Source of the DNA: a bacterium
GTDB taxonomy: Bacteria; Patescibacteriota; Saccharimonadia; Saccharimonadales; DATKHC01
DNA length: 64,000 bases
Direction: 5' to 3'
NCBI GenBank assembly: GCA_021781215.1
Contig: JAJXXC010000006.1
Span: 11,029-75,028, forward strand
In this document: piece after piece, positions 1 to 9,788 of the stretch
Numbering within the stretch: position 1 is the stretch's first letter
How the letters are laid out: every line of letters starts with the position of its first letter
The notes under the pieces: generated by a model
Databases searched by the model: none
The model's input: only the letters and a program-made list of their open reading frames with translations
Told to the model about the DNA's origin: nothing
Made by a program: the position numbers and the translations under genes

Positions 1-81
1 AGATATGAATATGCTAATGGTTTTAATTTGCATCTAATAATTTAAGCAAGCTTAATCAAACTTAACAAATAATTATTTAAA

Positions 82-459
82 TTATCTTGATGGCTTTATG
101 CTTCTAATATATATCTGGCTATTTCTACGAGGTTTATTGATTTTTGGCTTCTTGTCTCTAGAGCTGATACGAGATTGCCTATCCATATAATCACTTATTT
201 GTACTATTTTGGCATCTTCTTTTGATTGAGATAAGTATTCGTTTGCTATAGTTTCTTTATAGACGTCAATCTCAGCAACACTTAAAATCCCAATAGCAGC
301 GCTCACGCCTTTAATTCTACCTAGAAATTCATTTGTTACGGCTGAGTTTTCTCCGTATCTATTAGAAAGTATTTTTGAGACGGCAATGTCTGTTGGTGAA
401 GGTCCTGCGTGAATTATATTAACTTCTACGGGATACCAATCGCCTTTCGATACTTCCAT
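82..459 (-). CDS. hypothetical protein
   Basis: 125-aa ORF with a GAGGTG RBS-like sequence upstream; no family recognised. Confidence 0.5.
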   Translation of the reverse strand: MEVSKGDWYPVEVNIIHAGPSPTDIAVSKILSNRYGENSAVTNEFLGRIKGVSAAIGILSVAEIDVYKETIANEYLSQSKEDAKIVQISDYMDRQSRISSRDKKPKINKPRRNSQIYIRSIKPSR

Positions 460-564
460 TTCACCTCTTTATGTCTATTAATTTGTAGCTAATTATATAC
501 CAATTAATTAGGTAGATAGTATATTTTATGTTGTAGAATTATCAGTGGTCTAATTGGATATTAG

Positions 565-1611
565 TTATGATTTTGTTTTTTCGTATGCCAAACTTCTCTT
601 AATTATTTCTGGGTAACGCATAAGATCATTATTGCCCCCGCTAATAATACAGACCACAGTCTTATTTTTTATTGAGTCTGCTATAGAATCTAGGCAGGAC
701 ACGGATAATGCTCCAGCCGGTTCGGTAATGATTCCGTCTTCTTGGTAAAGCTCAATCATTGTTGAGCATATTTTTCCGACCGGTATTACCAAAATACTTT
801 TCACTAAGTGCTTAACAATATTGAAGGTTTTAATTCCAACTTTTTTTACTGCAGCACCGTCAACGAATGTATCAATAGTTTCAAGGGTAATAATTTTATT
901 ATTCTTTATGGACTGTTCCATTGCTGCGGCGCCTTCTGGCTCGACTCCTATTATTTCAGTGTTTGTTCCTTTTTGATCAAAATAACTAGATACCCCGGCG
1001 ATTAATCCACCGCCACCGACGGGGCATATGACTATATCAACAATTCCATTCATGTCTTCATATATCTCTTTGGCAATCGTTCCTTGTCCGGCGATAATTA
1101 AATCATCGTCGAAAGGAGGGATAAATATAGAACTGGTTTGTTTGCAATTGGCTATTGCAAGTTCATGGCATTCATCAAAATTGTTGCCAACTAATTTAAT
1201 GCTAATATATTCACCACCCAGATACTTAACTCGGTTGATTTTTTGTTGTTGAGTAGTTATTGGCATAAATATAGTAGCTTTAATTTTTAGTTTTTTTGCG
1301 CTTAAGGCTACCCCCTGAGCATGATTTCCAGCACTGGCCGTAACGATTCCTAAATCTCTCTGAGCTTGATTTAGGCTAGAAATTAGATTATAGGCTCCAC
1401 GGATTTTATATGATCGAGTAGGCTGCAGATCTTCACGTTTTAGATATATTCTTGCGTTATATAAATTAGATAGCCGATCACTGTAATCTAAATCGGTGTG
1501 GGTGACTATATTGGCAATGTTTTTACTAGCTTCTTCAATAAGATCTAGCATAAATTCATCGGGAGTAGCTTCTATAGATTGTTTTGAATAATATTTGGTA
1601 TTTGTAGACAC
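565..1611 (-). CDS. ilvA: threonine ammonia-lyase (dehydratase), catalytic domain only
   Basis: LKREDLQPTRSYKIRGA PLP-lysine motif, ASAGNHAQG, PVGGGGL, EPAGALS, ISGGNND; no C-terminal ACT domain. Confidence 0.9.
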   Translation of the reverse strand: MSTNTKYYSKQSIEATPDEFMLDLIEEASKNIANIVTHTDLDYSDRLSNLYNARIYLKREDLQPTRSYKIRGAYNLISSLNQAQRDLGIVTASAGNHAQGVALSAKKLKIKATIFMPITTQQQKINRVKYLGGEYISIKLVGNNFDECHELAIANCKQTSSIFIPPFDDDLIIAGQGTIAKEIYEDMNGIVDIVICPVGGGGLIAGVSSYFDQKGTNTEIIGVEPEGAAAMEQSIKNNKIITLETIDTFVDGAAVKKVGIKTFNIVKHLVKSILVIPVGKICSTMIELYQEDGIITEPAGALSVSCLDSIADSIKNKTVVCIISGGNNDLMRYPEIIKRSLAYEKTKS

Positions 1612-1627
1612 GTATTTATATCGAAAG

Positions 1628-2083
1628 TTAATTCGTCTTTCTGTCTTTGAGCATGTCTAGAATTTTAGTTTGATTTTCTAGTTCTTTCATTTGTCGATCT
1701 TGAAGATTAGCTAAGTAGGTTAGTGTTTCGTGATCTGAATCAGCTTTTGCTTCTTGTTGCCCTTGGATAACGTTTTGGCCCACCATAATAATTGGTAGAA
1801 GTACTAACTGAAGAAAGTTCTGAGAAATCCAAGCAATCAGAGTGATTAAACTAGTTGCAATAATCCATTTCGGAAAATCATGTTTAAGGCCCGGAGAAAT
1901 AAGAACTAATATTGCCGGAAGTGACAGTATCGATAGTAGGGCAAATAAATATGCGCTCCACATAGAGCCGACAGCATTAGTTATTTTAAGCGCTAGAGCG
2001 GTGTTAAATTTTCTAAAACCTTCTTCTTCTCGTCTGATTAAATCTTTTGGATGCTTAACGTGATCATTTTTATTTATATCCAT
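1628..2083 (-). CDS. DUF1003-like membrane protein
   Basis: ITNAVGSMW...LQLVLLPIIMVGQN pattern with two TM segments. Confidence 0.6.
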   Translation of the reverse strand: MDINKNDHVKHPKDLIRREEEGFRKFNTALALKITNAVGSMWSAYLFALLSILSLPAILVLISPGLKHDFPKWIIATSLITLIAWISQNFLQLVLLPIIMVGQNVIQGQQEAKADSDHETLTYLANLQDRQMKELENQTKILDMLKDRKTN

Positions 2084-2132
2084 AAATGAATTATATCAAA
2101 TCTATTTAAAATATATTGTTTGTTAGAATTAG

Positions 2133-2714
2133 ATGATGTATGTAGACGATAATTTAATTAGGTGTGAATGGTGTGGTGGTAATAAACTTTATGTAGAGTA
2201 TCATGATCGTGAATGGGGAGTTCCGCTTCATGATGATCAGAAGTTGTTTGAGTTATTAACGCTTGAAGGGGCTCAAGCCGGACTCAGTTGGCTAACCATA
2301 TTAAAACGACGCGATGGTTATCACAGGGCTTTTAATAAATTTAATATCGCCAAAGTCTCTCGGTTCAGTCAAGCCAAGGTTGATGAGTTGATTGATAACC
2401 ATCAAATTATTAGAAATAAACTTAAAATATTATCAGTAATCAAAAACGCAAAGGCAATACTCGATATTCAAGGTAAATTTGGTAGTTTTGATAATTATTT
2501 GTGGCAATATGTTGATAATAAGCCGATGATTTCTGAATCGAGCGGTCCGGGGTTAATTGAGGCTAAAGATATTGCGGTTTTAATTAGTAAAGACTTACGT
2601 AGGCGAGGCATGAATTTTGTTGGTCCAACAATTTGTTATGCCTTCATGCAGGCTAGCGGAATGGTCAATGACCATTCCCTGAATTGCTTCCGGAATAAAC
2701 AACTAGCAGTATAG
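2133..2714 (+). CDS. tag: DNA-3-methyladenine glycosylase I
   Basis: RCEW, YHDREWG, LEGAQAGLSW, FVGPTICYAFMQASGMVNDH motifs. Confidence 0.95.
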   Translation: MMYVDDNLIRCEWCGGNKLYVEYHDREWGVPLHDDQKLFELLTLEGAQAGLSWLTILKRRDGYHRAFNKFNIAKVSRFSQAKVDELIDNHQIIRNKLKILSVIKNAKAILDIQGKFGSFDNYLWQYVDNKPMISESSGPGLIEAKDIAVLISKDLRRRGMNFVGPTICYAFMQASGMVNDHSLNCFRNKQLAV

Positions 2715-2721
2715 GCTGAGT

Positions 2722-3948
2722 CTATTCCCAACGAAAAACTCTAAAGGCAATAGCGTAGACGATAACCGTCCATAGAGCAATCCAGCCCAGCTGTGAACCA
2801 ATTTGAGTTAAATGAAGTCCTTCAGTAGCCAGTAGCCTGACGCCATCAATTACAGGAGTTAACGGCAAGTAGTTAGTTATGTGCTGAAGCCATACTGGCA
2901 TGGCATAACGAGGGAAAAAAGTTCCGGATAAGAACAACATAGGGAAGACGATAATGTTAGCGAGCGGTGCGGCTTGACGTTCGTTTTTAGCCCAACCACC
3001 GATAGCTAAACCGATACCCAGGATCATAATAATACTCAATACTAGAAATAGGGCTATCTCTATATAGTTACCGACTACTCTTAGATTAAATATTGTTATA
3101 GCTGCAATAAACATAATTGCTAATGAGACTAGACCGATTATGGCCTGAGAGATCATGGTTGATAGGAAATACTGCCAAACTCTTATTGGCGTGGTGTGAA
3201 GTCTTCGTAGAATACCTTGTTTTTTAAGTTCTGGAAAAACGTTGACTGGACCAAAAATCCCCAGTCCGATAATCGAAAAGCCTAGTAGGCCGGAGAATGT
3301 ATAGTCGAACTGAGACAGGCTTCTTTGATTAAGTTCTTTTCCGGCGACAGAGAAAGGTGTTGAGGACTTAATAAATTTAGAATTAATACCCTGAAATTCA
3401 GTCTGCAAGATAGACACTAGAGTTTGTCCGGCCTGAGCGTTGTTGTTTGTATAGTAGACTACGGCCTGTCCACTAGGAATACCACTACTATTTTTATTGC
3501 CAAAATTACTAGGCAATAGTAGGGTAGCATCAAGCTGATTACGGTTCATCTTAGTTTGTGCTTCGGCAAGAGTTGTAACTGAAGAATCAATTTTTAATAG
3601 TTTGCTAGCCTGTTCCTGGTTGATGAATTCAGTAGCGTATTGACTGGTAGATTGATTAATTACCCCAACCTTAAACGATACACTATTACCACTTTTACCA
3701 AATATGCCACCAAAGACAAATAAGAAAATTAAAGGGAATAGCACTCCGAAGAATAATGCTAATCGATCACGAAAGAATCTTTTAGTGCTTAACTTGCTAA
3801 AAACTATGACTGTAAAGATCTTTTTTTGCCAGTTCGATAACTGTTTTTTAGCCTTTTTTGGCCTAATTCGTTTATTTATCCTTAGAATTAGTCTAGCTAA
3901 AACTAGTACGATCACTAAAATTATTAACCATGTATATTTTGAATGCAT
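2722..3948 (-). CDS. ABC-2 type transporter permease
   Basis: Multiple TM helices, FLSGTFFP and LPLTP motifs; adjacent to an ATPase gene. Confidence 0.85.
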   Translation of the reverse strand: MHSKYTWLIILVIVLVLARLILRINKRIRPKKAKKQLSNWQKKIFTVIVFSKLSTKRFFRDRLALFFGVLFPLIFLFVFGGIFGKSGNSVSFKVGVINQSTSQYATEFINQEQASKLLKIDSSVTTLAEAQTKMNRNQLDATLLLPSNFGNKNSSGIPSGQAVVYYTNNNAQAGQTLVSILQTEFQGINSKFIKSSTPFSVAGKELNQRSLSQFDYTFSGLLGFSIIGLGIFGPVNVFPELKKQGILRRLHTTPIRVWQYFLSTMISQAIIGLVSLAIMFIAAITIFNLRVVGNYIEIALFLVLSIIMILGIGLAIGGWAKNERQAAPLANIIVFPMLFLSGTFFPRYAMPVWLQHITNYLPLTPVIDGVRLLATEGLHLTQIGSQLGWIALWTVIVYAIAFRVFRWE

Positions 3949-3952
3949 ATAA

Positions 3953-4711
3953 TTAATCCCTAAGTTTCTTTCCAGTTAAATCAATGAATACGTCTTCGAG
4001 GCTGGCTTGCTGGACCTCTTGAGATTTAGTGAAACCTTTTTTTAACAAGTCCTTAACTAATTGTCTCGGCGTATCAAGAGCAATAATTCTGCCCTCATCC
4101 ATAATAGCTACTCTATCGCATAATAGTTCTGCCTCTTCCATGTAGTGGGTGGTCATAATTACTGTCGTTCCCCTAGCTTGAATCTTTTGAACTAGATCCC
4201 ATAAGTTTCGTCTTGCTTGTGGATCAAGTCCAGTTGTTGGCTCATCCATAAAAAATACCTTAGGATTATGAACTAAAGCTACCGCTAGGCTCAATCTTTG
4301 TTTTTGTCCACCTGATAAATTTTCGGCATATGAGTTAGCTTTTTCATCTAGCTGTACTTCTTTGAGCAATTCTATTGGGTCAGTCCGCTCACCATAAGTT
4401 GCGGCAAACATTTCAATGATTTCAACCAGTTTTTGTTTATCCAAAAATGCTGGTGTTTGGGGCTGAACGCCAATTATTCGTTTAACTGCCTCGGGGTCTT
4501 TCGCAACATCAATTCCATCTAAAATTGCTTGGCCACCATCGATTGGTCGCAGTGCCTCAATCATCTCAAGGGTAGTAGTTTTCCCAGCACCGTTTGGGCC
4601 GAGGATACCAAAAACTTCACCGTACTTAACCTCAAAGCTAATAGACTTAACTACTTCTTTATCACCATATTTTTTGCTAAGTTTTTTTACTTCCAAGATA
4701 TTCTTTGACAT
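3953..4711 (-). CDS. ABC transporter ATP-binding protein
   Basis: GPNGAGKTT, LSGGQKQR, DEPTTGLD. Confidence 0.95.
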   Translation of the reverse strand: MSKNILEVKKLSKKYGDKEVVKSISFEVKYGEVFGILGPNGAGKTTTLEMIEALRPIDGGQAILDGIDVAKDPEAVKRIIGVQPQTPAFLDKQKLVEIIEMFAATYGERTDPIELLKEVQLDEKANSYAENLSGGQKQRLSLAVALVHNPKVFFMDEPTTGLDPQARRNLWDLVQKIQARGTTVIMTTHYMEEAELLCDRVAIMDEGRIIALDTPRQLVKDLLKKGFTKSQEVQQASLEDVFIDLTGKKLRD

Positions 4712-4815
4712 AGAAATATTCTAACAGGTTAGCATAGATACAGTAAGCCAACAGACCATTGTTGTCTGACCTACGTATACCAGTATTATCCTTTAATATA
4801 TACTAGGCAGTAATT

Positions 4816-6630
4816 ATGAAGAAATCTAAATCGCTTAATTCGGCTAAGGGGGTTGCATATACTTCTAGACGCTTGCTAGGAATTTTTTGGCGTGAAGATA
4901 AAAAGACTTTTATTGGCACTACGATTGCGGTCTTAGTTCCTAGCCTAATTCCTTTTATAAATGCATATATCTATGCTCTAATTATTAATTTTGTTATCAG
5001 TTCAGTTTGTTCTGCGCACCATATGTCTTACGACCCTCTATATATTCTAATTTTGATTAGAATATTAATGCTTTTCGTGCAAGACGCTGCTTACACCGCC
5101 CAGCAACGTTATAATTATATTTTTAGTGCTAGAATACCGCTGATATTTTCCCAGGCTATAATGAGACAATTATCACGATTAGATATTCAGCTTATAGAGA
5201 GTAGTGATTTTCAGAATAAGTTCCAAAGTGCTAGGGATAATGCCACATATCGACCATCCACCATGCTTGTCAACATCTTTTATTCAATGCAAAGCTTATT
5301 GCAATTATTGGTAGCAGCTGGCTCGCTATTCTTCCTTAATTGGATATTTGGTGTAATTATTTTACTTACAGCCCTACCAACTTTCTTTTATGAAGCTAAA
5401 AATGCTAAGTATGTATGGGCCATTTGGTCAGATAATTCACCCTACCGTAAAAGGTTTAATTATTTATACTATCAGTTACAATACCCCAGAAGTGTCAAAG
5501 AATTAAAGCTCTTTCAACTAAATGATTATTTTGTAAAACAAGGTGAAAAAATCGGAAATAAGTTTGCTGCCGAAAATATCGCCGCCCTTAATAAACGATT
5601 TTTATCCGGTGTTATAGCTAATTTAGTAAATGTAGCCGGTTATGCAGCCGTCGAAGTTTATATTATTTTTATTACATTAGCTAAAAAAATATCTATCGGA
5701 AGTTTAACTTATTATACGACCGCATTGATTAATTTTCAGAGTGGTGTAAATGGCTTATTTAGAACCGCGTCAAGTGTTTTTGAAGATAGTCAATATGTCA
5801 AAGAAGTTTTCGATATTTTGGATCTTGAACCCAAGTTGATATCTCCACCAGACGCCAAGGTTATTAAGTCTAATCGAACTCCGCGGATTGAGTTTAAAAA
5901 TGTATCATTTGCATATCCAGAATCAAAGACTAAAGTATTGGATAATTTCTCTATTACAATTGAGCCAGGAGATAAAGTAGCATTTGTTGGTGAAAACGGC
6001 GCTGGTAAGTCGACAATTATTAAATTACTCTGTCGTTTTTATGATGTTGATGCCGGAGAAATTCTTATTGACGGGATAAACGTAAAACAATTAAATCTAG
6101 TTGCCTGGTATCAACATATCGGAGTTATATTCCAAGATTTTCTACGATATGAGTATTCATTACGTAAAAATATTTGGTTCGGACAGATAGATAAACCCGA
6201 AGTAATTGAGTCTATTATTGCGGCTGCTGAACAGTCTGGGGCAGATGCAGTAGCGAAATCGTTGGACAAAGGATATGATCAGATGTTGGGTAATGTATTC
6301 GATGGCGGCATTGAACTATCTACTGGTCAGTGGCAAAAAGTTGCTTTGGCTCGTGGTTTTTATCGTAATGCACCAATCCTTATATTGGATGAACCTACAT
6401 CAGCGATAGACGCAAAGGCAGAGCATGAAATTTTCAGAAAAGTTGAAAAATTGACAAGTGATAAGACTGCAATAATTATTTCTCATCGTTTTTCTACAGT
6501 TCGTAACGCTGATAAAATCTATGTTATAGAAGACGGTAGAGCCGTTGAGTCAGGCTCTCATAAAGAGCTAATGAAACTTAACGGAATATATGCCGATTTG
6601 TTTAATCTCCAGGCTGAAGCATATAAATAG
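4816..6630 (+). CDS. ABC transporter, fused permease/ATP-binding
   Basis: N-terminal TM domain; GENGAGKST, LSTGQWQK, LDEPTSAID. Confidence 0.9.
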   Translation: MKKSKSLNSAKGVAYTSRRLLGIFWREDKKTFIGTTIAVLVPSLIPFINAYIYALIINFVISSVCSAHHMSYDPLYILILIRILMLFVQDAAYTAQQRYNYIFSARIPLIFSQAIMRQLSRLDIQLIESSDFQNKFQSARDNATYRPSTMLVNIFYSMQSLLQLLVAAGSLFFLNWIFGVIILLTALPTFFYEAKNAKYVWAIWSDNSPYRKRFNYLYYQLQYPRSVKELKLFQLNDYFVKQGEKIGNKFAAENIAALNKRFLSGVIANLVNVAGYAAVEVYIIFITLAKKISIGSLTYYTTALINFQSGVNGLFRTASSVFEDSQYVKEVFDILDLEPKLISPPDAKVIKSNRTPRIEFKNVSFAYPESKTKVLDNFSITIEPGDKVAFVGENGAGKSTIIKLLCRFYDVDAGEILIDGINVKQLNLVAWYQHIGVIFQDFLRYEYSLRKNIWFGQIDKPEVIESIIAAAEQSGADAVAKSLDKGYDQMLGNVFDGGIELSTGQWQKVALARGFYRNAPILILDEPTSAIDAKAEHEIFRKVEKLTSDKTAIIISHRFSTVRNADKIYVIEDGRAVESGSHKELMKLNGIYADLFNLQAEAYK

Positions 6631-6631
6631 T

Positions 6632-6886
6632 CTATAATCCTTCTCTGTATTCGAGACCTTCCCTAACTCCCATTTGATATACCTCGATTTCATTGATACT
6701 ATCACAACCAGCAATTTCAAGTCCTTGGATAATCCCATCATGGAATTTTGCTATAGTGTATAGCTTAAATGACTCAATTTGTTCATCTGTCGCTTCTGGG
6801 AATAAAGCACGTAGGAATAATTCAGGAGACCTATCGGTTTCAATAATTGCTTCGGCGGTAGGTAAATATGGAATGTATTCGGACAT
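6632..6886 (-). CDS. hypothetical protein
   Basis: 84-aa ORF only. Confidence 0.5.
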   Translation of the reverse strand: MSEYIPYLPTAEAIIETDRSPELFLRALFPEATDEQIESFKLYTIAKFHDGIIQGLEIAGCDSINEIEVYQMGVREGLEYREGL

Positions 6887-6997
6887 TTTTAAATAATAGC
6901 AAACTACTGCTTGTGCTCGTATAGTATTATTTACACTAAAGTTTGTGCGTTATAACTACGTAAAAAGCAATCTAACCAGCATAGAAAACGTAGGAAT

Positions 6998-7234
6998 CTA
7001 TTTAGATAAATCTTTTTTTAGTTGTTCGAATTGTTCTTTAGTTATCTCACCCTTAGCGTAGCGTTCTTTGACTATATCAATTGACCCAGACCCATTACTG
7101 GTGTTCGATTCGTGATTTTTTAATATTCGAACTACAGATAAGACAACAACGATTAGAATAACTAACCAAAACAACATCATAAATATTTCCCATCCACCAT
7201 AATTTCCGTTCATTCCTGGACCGTAATATTCCAT
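6998..7234 (-). CDS. SHOCT-domain membrane protein
   Basis: TM helix followed by IVKERYAKGEITKEQFEQLKKDL. Confidence 0.85.
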   Translation of the reverse strand: MEYYGPGMNGNYGGWEIFMMLFWLVILIVVVLSVVRILKNHESNTSNGSGSIDIVKERYAKGEITKEQFEQLKKDLSK

Positions 7235-7356
7235 TATCTATTCCTCCTGTATCTATAATTATACTCTCCGATGCAAATTGTATAATTTAATGATGATGTT
7301 TTGCTGGAGATTATACCCATTTGTATTTAACGAGAACTAAGTTCCAGTAAGTTAAT

Positions 7357-7506
7357 TTAGACTTTATGGTAAAAAACTTTATAGGCAACAAATGCTGCAA
7401 TAATTTGGATAATAGCCATAGTGATGAATAACCCATTGAAGCCGAACGCTCCAATTATTAAACCACCAATACCGGCGCCAATTGCTGCCGCAAACATATT
7501 GCCAGC
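7357..7506 (-). pseudogene. C-terminal fragment of an MFS-like transporter
   Basis: Hand translation AGNMFAAAIGAGIGGLIIGAFGFNGLFITMAIIQIIAAFVAYKVFYHKV* resembles the last two MFS helices; in-frame stop immediately upstream. Confidence 0.45.
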
Positions 7507-7599
7507 TTAGTACTCATAAAATATATCAAAAAAGAATGGGACTTTCGTCTCTGTCTAAGTGGGGGATATATGTGGCGTCTTTAGTCATGGTTGCATCTA

Positions 7600-7878
7600 T
7601 TAGTTTTCAATCTTTGTAAATCTTGAGACTAGGTTATCTTGCCATTGAACGTATTCTGACCATTGATTTACAGGTCTAATAAAAGTCAGACCTGGACTAT
7701 ACTCAGCTTGATATAGAACACATAACTCATCTGTGGCTTCAAGAGTACCAAAGCCTATAACAAGGTACACCTTGCTCGGATCTTTATAATGTGAATATCG
7801 TACACCTACTTCTATTTGTTTGCTTGCAAACTCAATATCACTAACAATTTGCTCACCAGGTTTGTGTTCCATGCCCAT
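7600..7878 (-). CDS. DUF1653 family protein
   Basis: YSHYKD...Y.VIG...EAT.E..VLYQAEY...FIRP...W.E...RF pattern. Confidence 0.75.
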   Translation of the reverse strand: MGMEHKPGEQIVSDIEFASKQIEVGVRYSHYKDPSKVYLVIGFGTLEATDELCVLYQAEYSPGLTFIRPVNQWSEYVQWQDNLVSRFTKIEN

Positions 7879-7979
7879 ATTTTATACTTTAGGTATTGGA
7901 TAAGAAAATGCTTATGCCTGCAAGTTTTCAAACTGCTATTGCTTGCAAATAAGTGTAAAAGGGTGTTTCATATATCAAT

Positions 7980-8408
7980 ATGAAAAATCCCGAGAAAGAT
8001 CTATCGCCTTTTTCTTCAATTATTGATGGAAAGCTGAAAGACAATATAATAACAATTTTTGCTAATCACGTAAATGATGTGGTTATATGTCAAAGCTATG
8101 AGGACATAAAAGATCCAACAGAAATTATTTTATGTGGAGTAATTAAAACAAAAACTACGTTCGTGGGTATAGAAATTGTAAGTTATATTTTTAACGGAGA
8201 AGGGGATTTTGATGGAGGAGAAGTTGTTACTATAACTATAGGCCAGAGAGAATACTTAATTACATCAGAGGGCGTAGTGAGCGATGAAGCACCCATGGAT
8301 TATCTCGGCTGTGATGTTTTGGAAAATTTAGCATATTGGGTTAAACACGCAGATTATCATAAAGATCTCACTGAAATGTCAGTTGCTTTGTCGCAAGACG
8401 AAGAATGA
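7980..8408 (+). CDS. hypothetical protein
   Basis: 142-aa acidic ORF. Confidence 0.55.
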   Translation: MKNPEKDLSPFSSIIDGKLKDNIITIFANHVNDVVICQSYEDIKDPTEIILCGVIKTKTTFVGIEIVSYIFNGEGDFDGGEVVTITIGQREYLITSEGVVSDEAPMDYLGCDVLENLAYWVKHADYHKDLTEMSVALSQDEE

Positions 8409-8470
8409 TAACACTCGTGCTTTAGTTGGCAACCGCAGACGCTATCTCTACTGAAATTAGAGCTATGGCA

Positions 8471-8797
8471 CTAGGTAGTTCGACCCATATAGTATCTTTG
8501 GTGATTCCCATCAGGCTTTAATATATAAATATCGGTTGTATATCCAAATATATCGGCCGTTTCTTCAAAATACCGTTTTTTAGCTTCTGCCAAAAATATC
8601 ACTTGTTCTTCAGAAACGACATCCGTTGCGTAATTTAGCGTATTAACACCTTCGTTCCATCCAAATATGGCCCATGTACCTAGAAAGTTAGGGACGCTTG
8701 GCCATTCTTCATAATGGTCTGGAACTAGGTCAAGATTTTCTAAGCAAAATAAGGCTTGAGGAAATGTAGGTTTTAACTCACGTTCACTTGCAGTCAT
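8471..8797 (-). CDS. hypothetical protein
   Basis: 108-aa ORF. Confidence 0.55.
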   Translation of the reverse strand: MTASERELKPTFPQALFCLENLDLVPDHYEEWPSVPNFLGTWAIFGWNEGVNTLNYATDVVSEEQVIFLAEAKKRYFEETADIFGYTTDIYILKPDGNHQRYYMGRTT

Positions 8798-8831
8798 ACT
8801 AAGAGTCTATGATAGATATAAACAGATTGAA

Positions 8832-8852
8832 AGCATGAGCTGTATAGAGGGC
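8832..8852 (-). repeat. degenerate copy of the tRNA-Lys 3' end/downstream junction (att-like)
   Basis: agcatgagctgtatagagggc vs agcataagcgttatggagggc at 9577-9597 (17/21 identical). Confidence 0.55.
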
Positions 8853-8893
8853 TATCGTGAACGTTATCGCAACCAAGATAAGATTATCGAAGT

Positions 8894-9532
8894 CTAATTT
8901 TGTTGCCCAGACTTAATTGCTTTCCATTTATCTCTTGGACATCTAACTGACCATTCTTTCCAGTGAACCCTGTAGTCACCAAATTCTTCTTCCTCAACCC
9001 AATGAAGTTTAGAGTTGTCAGTAATTCTTTCTGGGAATCTTATACCATTTAAGTGGTCTATCTCATGTTGAGCAACTCTAGCGGAAAACCCCTCAAATAC
9101 ATGAATTATTTCATCACCATTTCGATTAAATGCCCTAACTGTAACTTGTTTCGCTCGTTCAACTATCCCACAGACCCTTGATGTTGAAAAACAGCCCTCT
9201 CGACCTTCTTCTGTCTTGTCCGATTTTTTAGTAATTACGGGATTAATGAATTCTTGTAATTCGGGCTGCTCACCATCTCCAACCGCATTCATTCCAATAA
9301 TTACTATTCGTTTTGAAACACCAATTTGTGGAGCAGCTAGGCCAACTAAGGTTGGATACTTTGCGTCACCTTGTCTTCCGTAAGCAACCCGAAACATCCC
9401 GTCAATAAGCTCTTGGATTTCAGGATTCGTGATACCGGCAGGATTAATAGGTTCTGCAACTAGATTTAGAACTTCACTGTCAGGAGAAACCTGATTATCA
9501 ATAGATTCCTGGGCATACCTTTTTTCAGTCAT
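8894..9532 (-). CDS. def: peptide deformylase
   Basis: GLAAPQIG, EGCFS, QHEIDHLNG motifs. Confidence 0.92.
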   Translation of the reverse strand: MTEKRYAQESIDNQVSPDSEVLNLVAEPINPAGITNPEIQELIDGMFRVAYGRQGDAKYPTLVGLAAPQIGVSKRIVIIGMNAVGDGEQPELQEFINPVITKKSDKTEEGREGCFSTSRVCGIVERAKQVTVRAFNRNGDEIIHVFEGFSARVAQHEIDHLNGIRFPERITDNSKLHWVEEEEFGDYRVHWKEWSVRCPRDKWKAIKSGQQN

Positions 9533-9589
9533 TATTGTATTGTATCAAAAAAACAGAGGATAAGACCCCTGTTATTAGCATAAGCGTTA

Positions 9590-9666
9590 TGGAGGGCCAG
9601 GTGGGACTTGAACCCACGACACCCTGCTTAAGAGGCAGGTGCTCTAACCAGCTGAGCTACTGGCCC
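9590..9666 (-). tRNA. tRNA-Lys(CTT)
   Basis: Reverse complement GGGCCAGTAGCTCAGCTGGTTAGAGCA-CCTGC CT CTT AA GCAGG...GGTTCAAGTCCCACCTGGCCCTCCA. Confidence 0.97.
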
Positions 9667-9788
9667 GTGTTTATGACATTGATGACTATATCAAATTTTA
9701 CTCTAGTAGGGCAAGTTTACTAATAAGGAAAATTAGATATATAATAAGAGACCTATTACTATTTTAAAAAGTTAAGAATATATAAACA

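Noticed and set aside
9535..9723. 62-aa ORF
   Set aside because: Antisense shadow of tRNA-Lys (MEGQVGLEPTT pattern).
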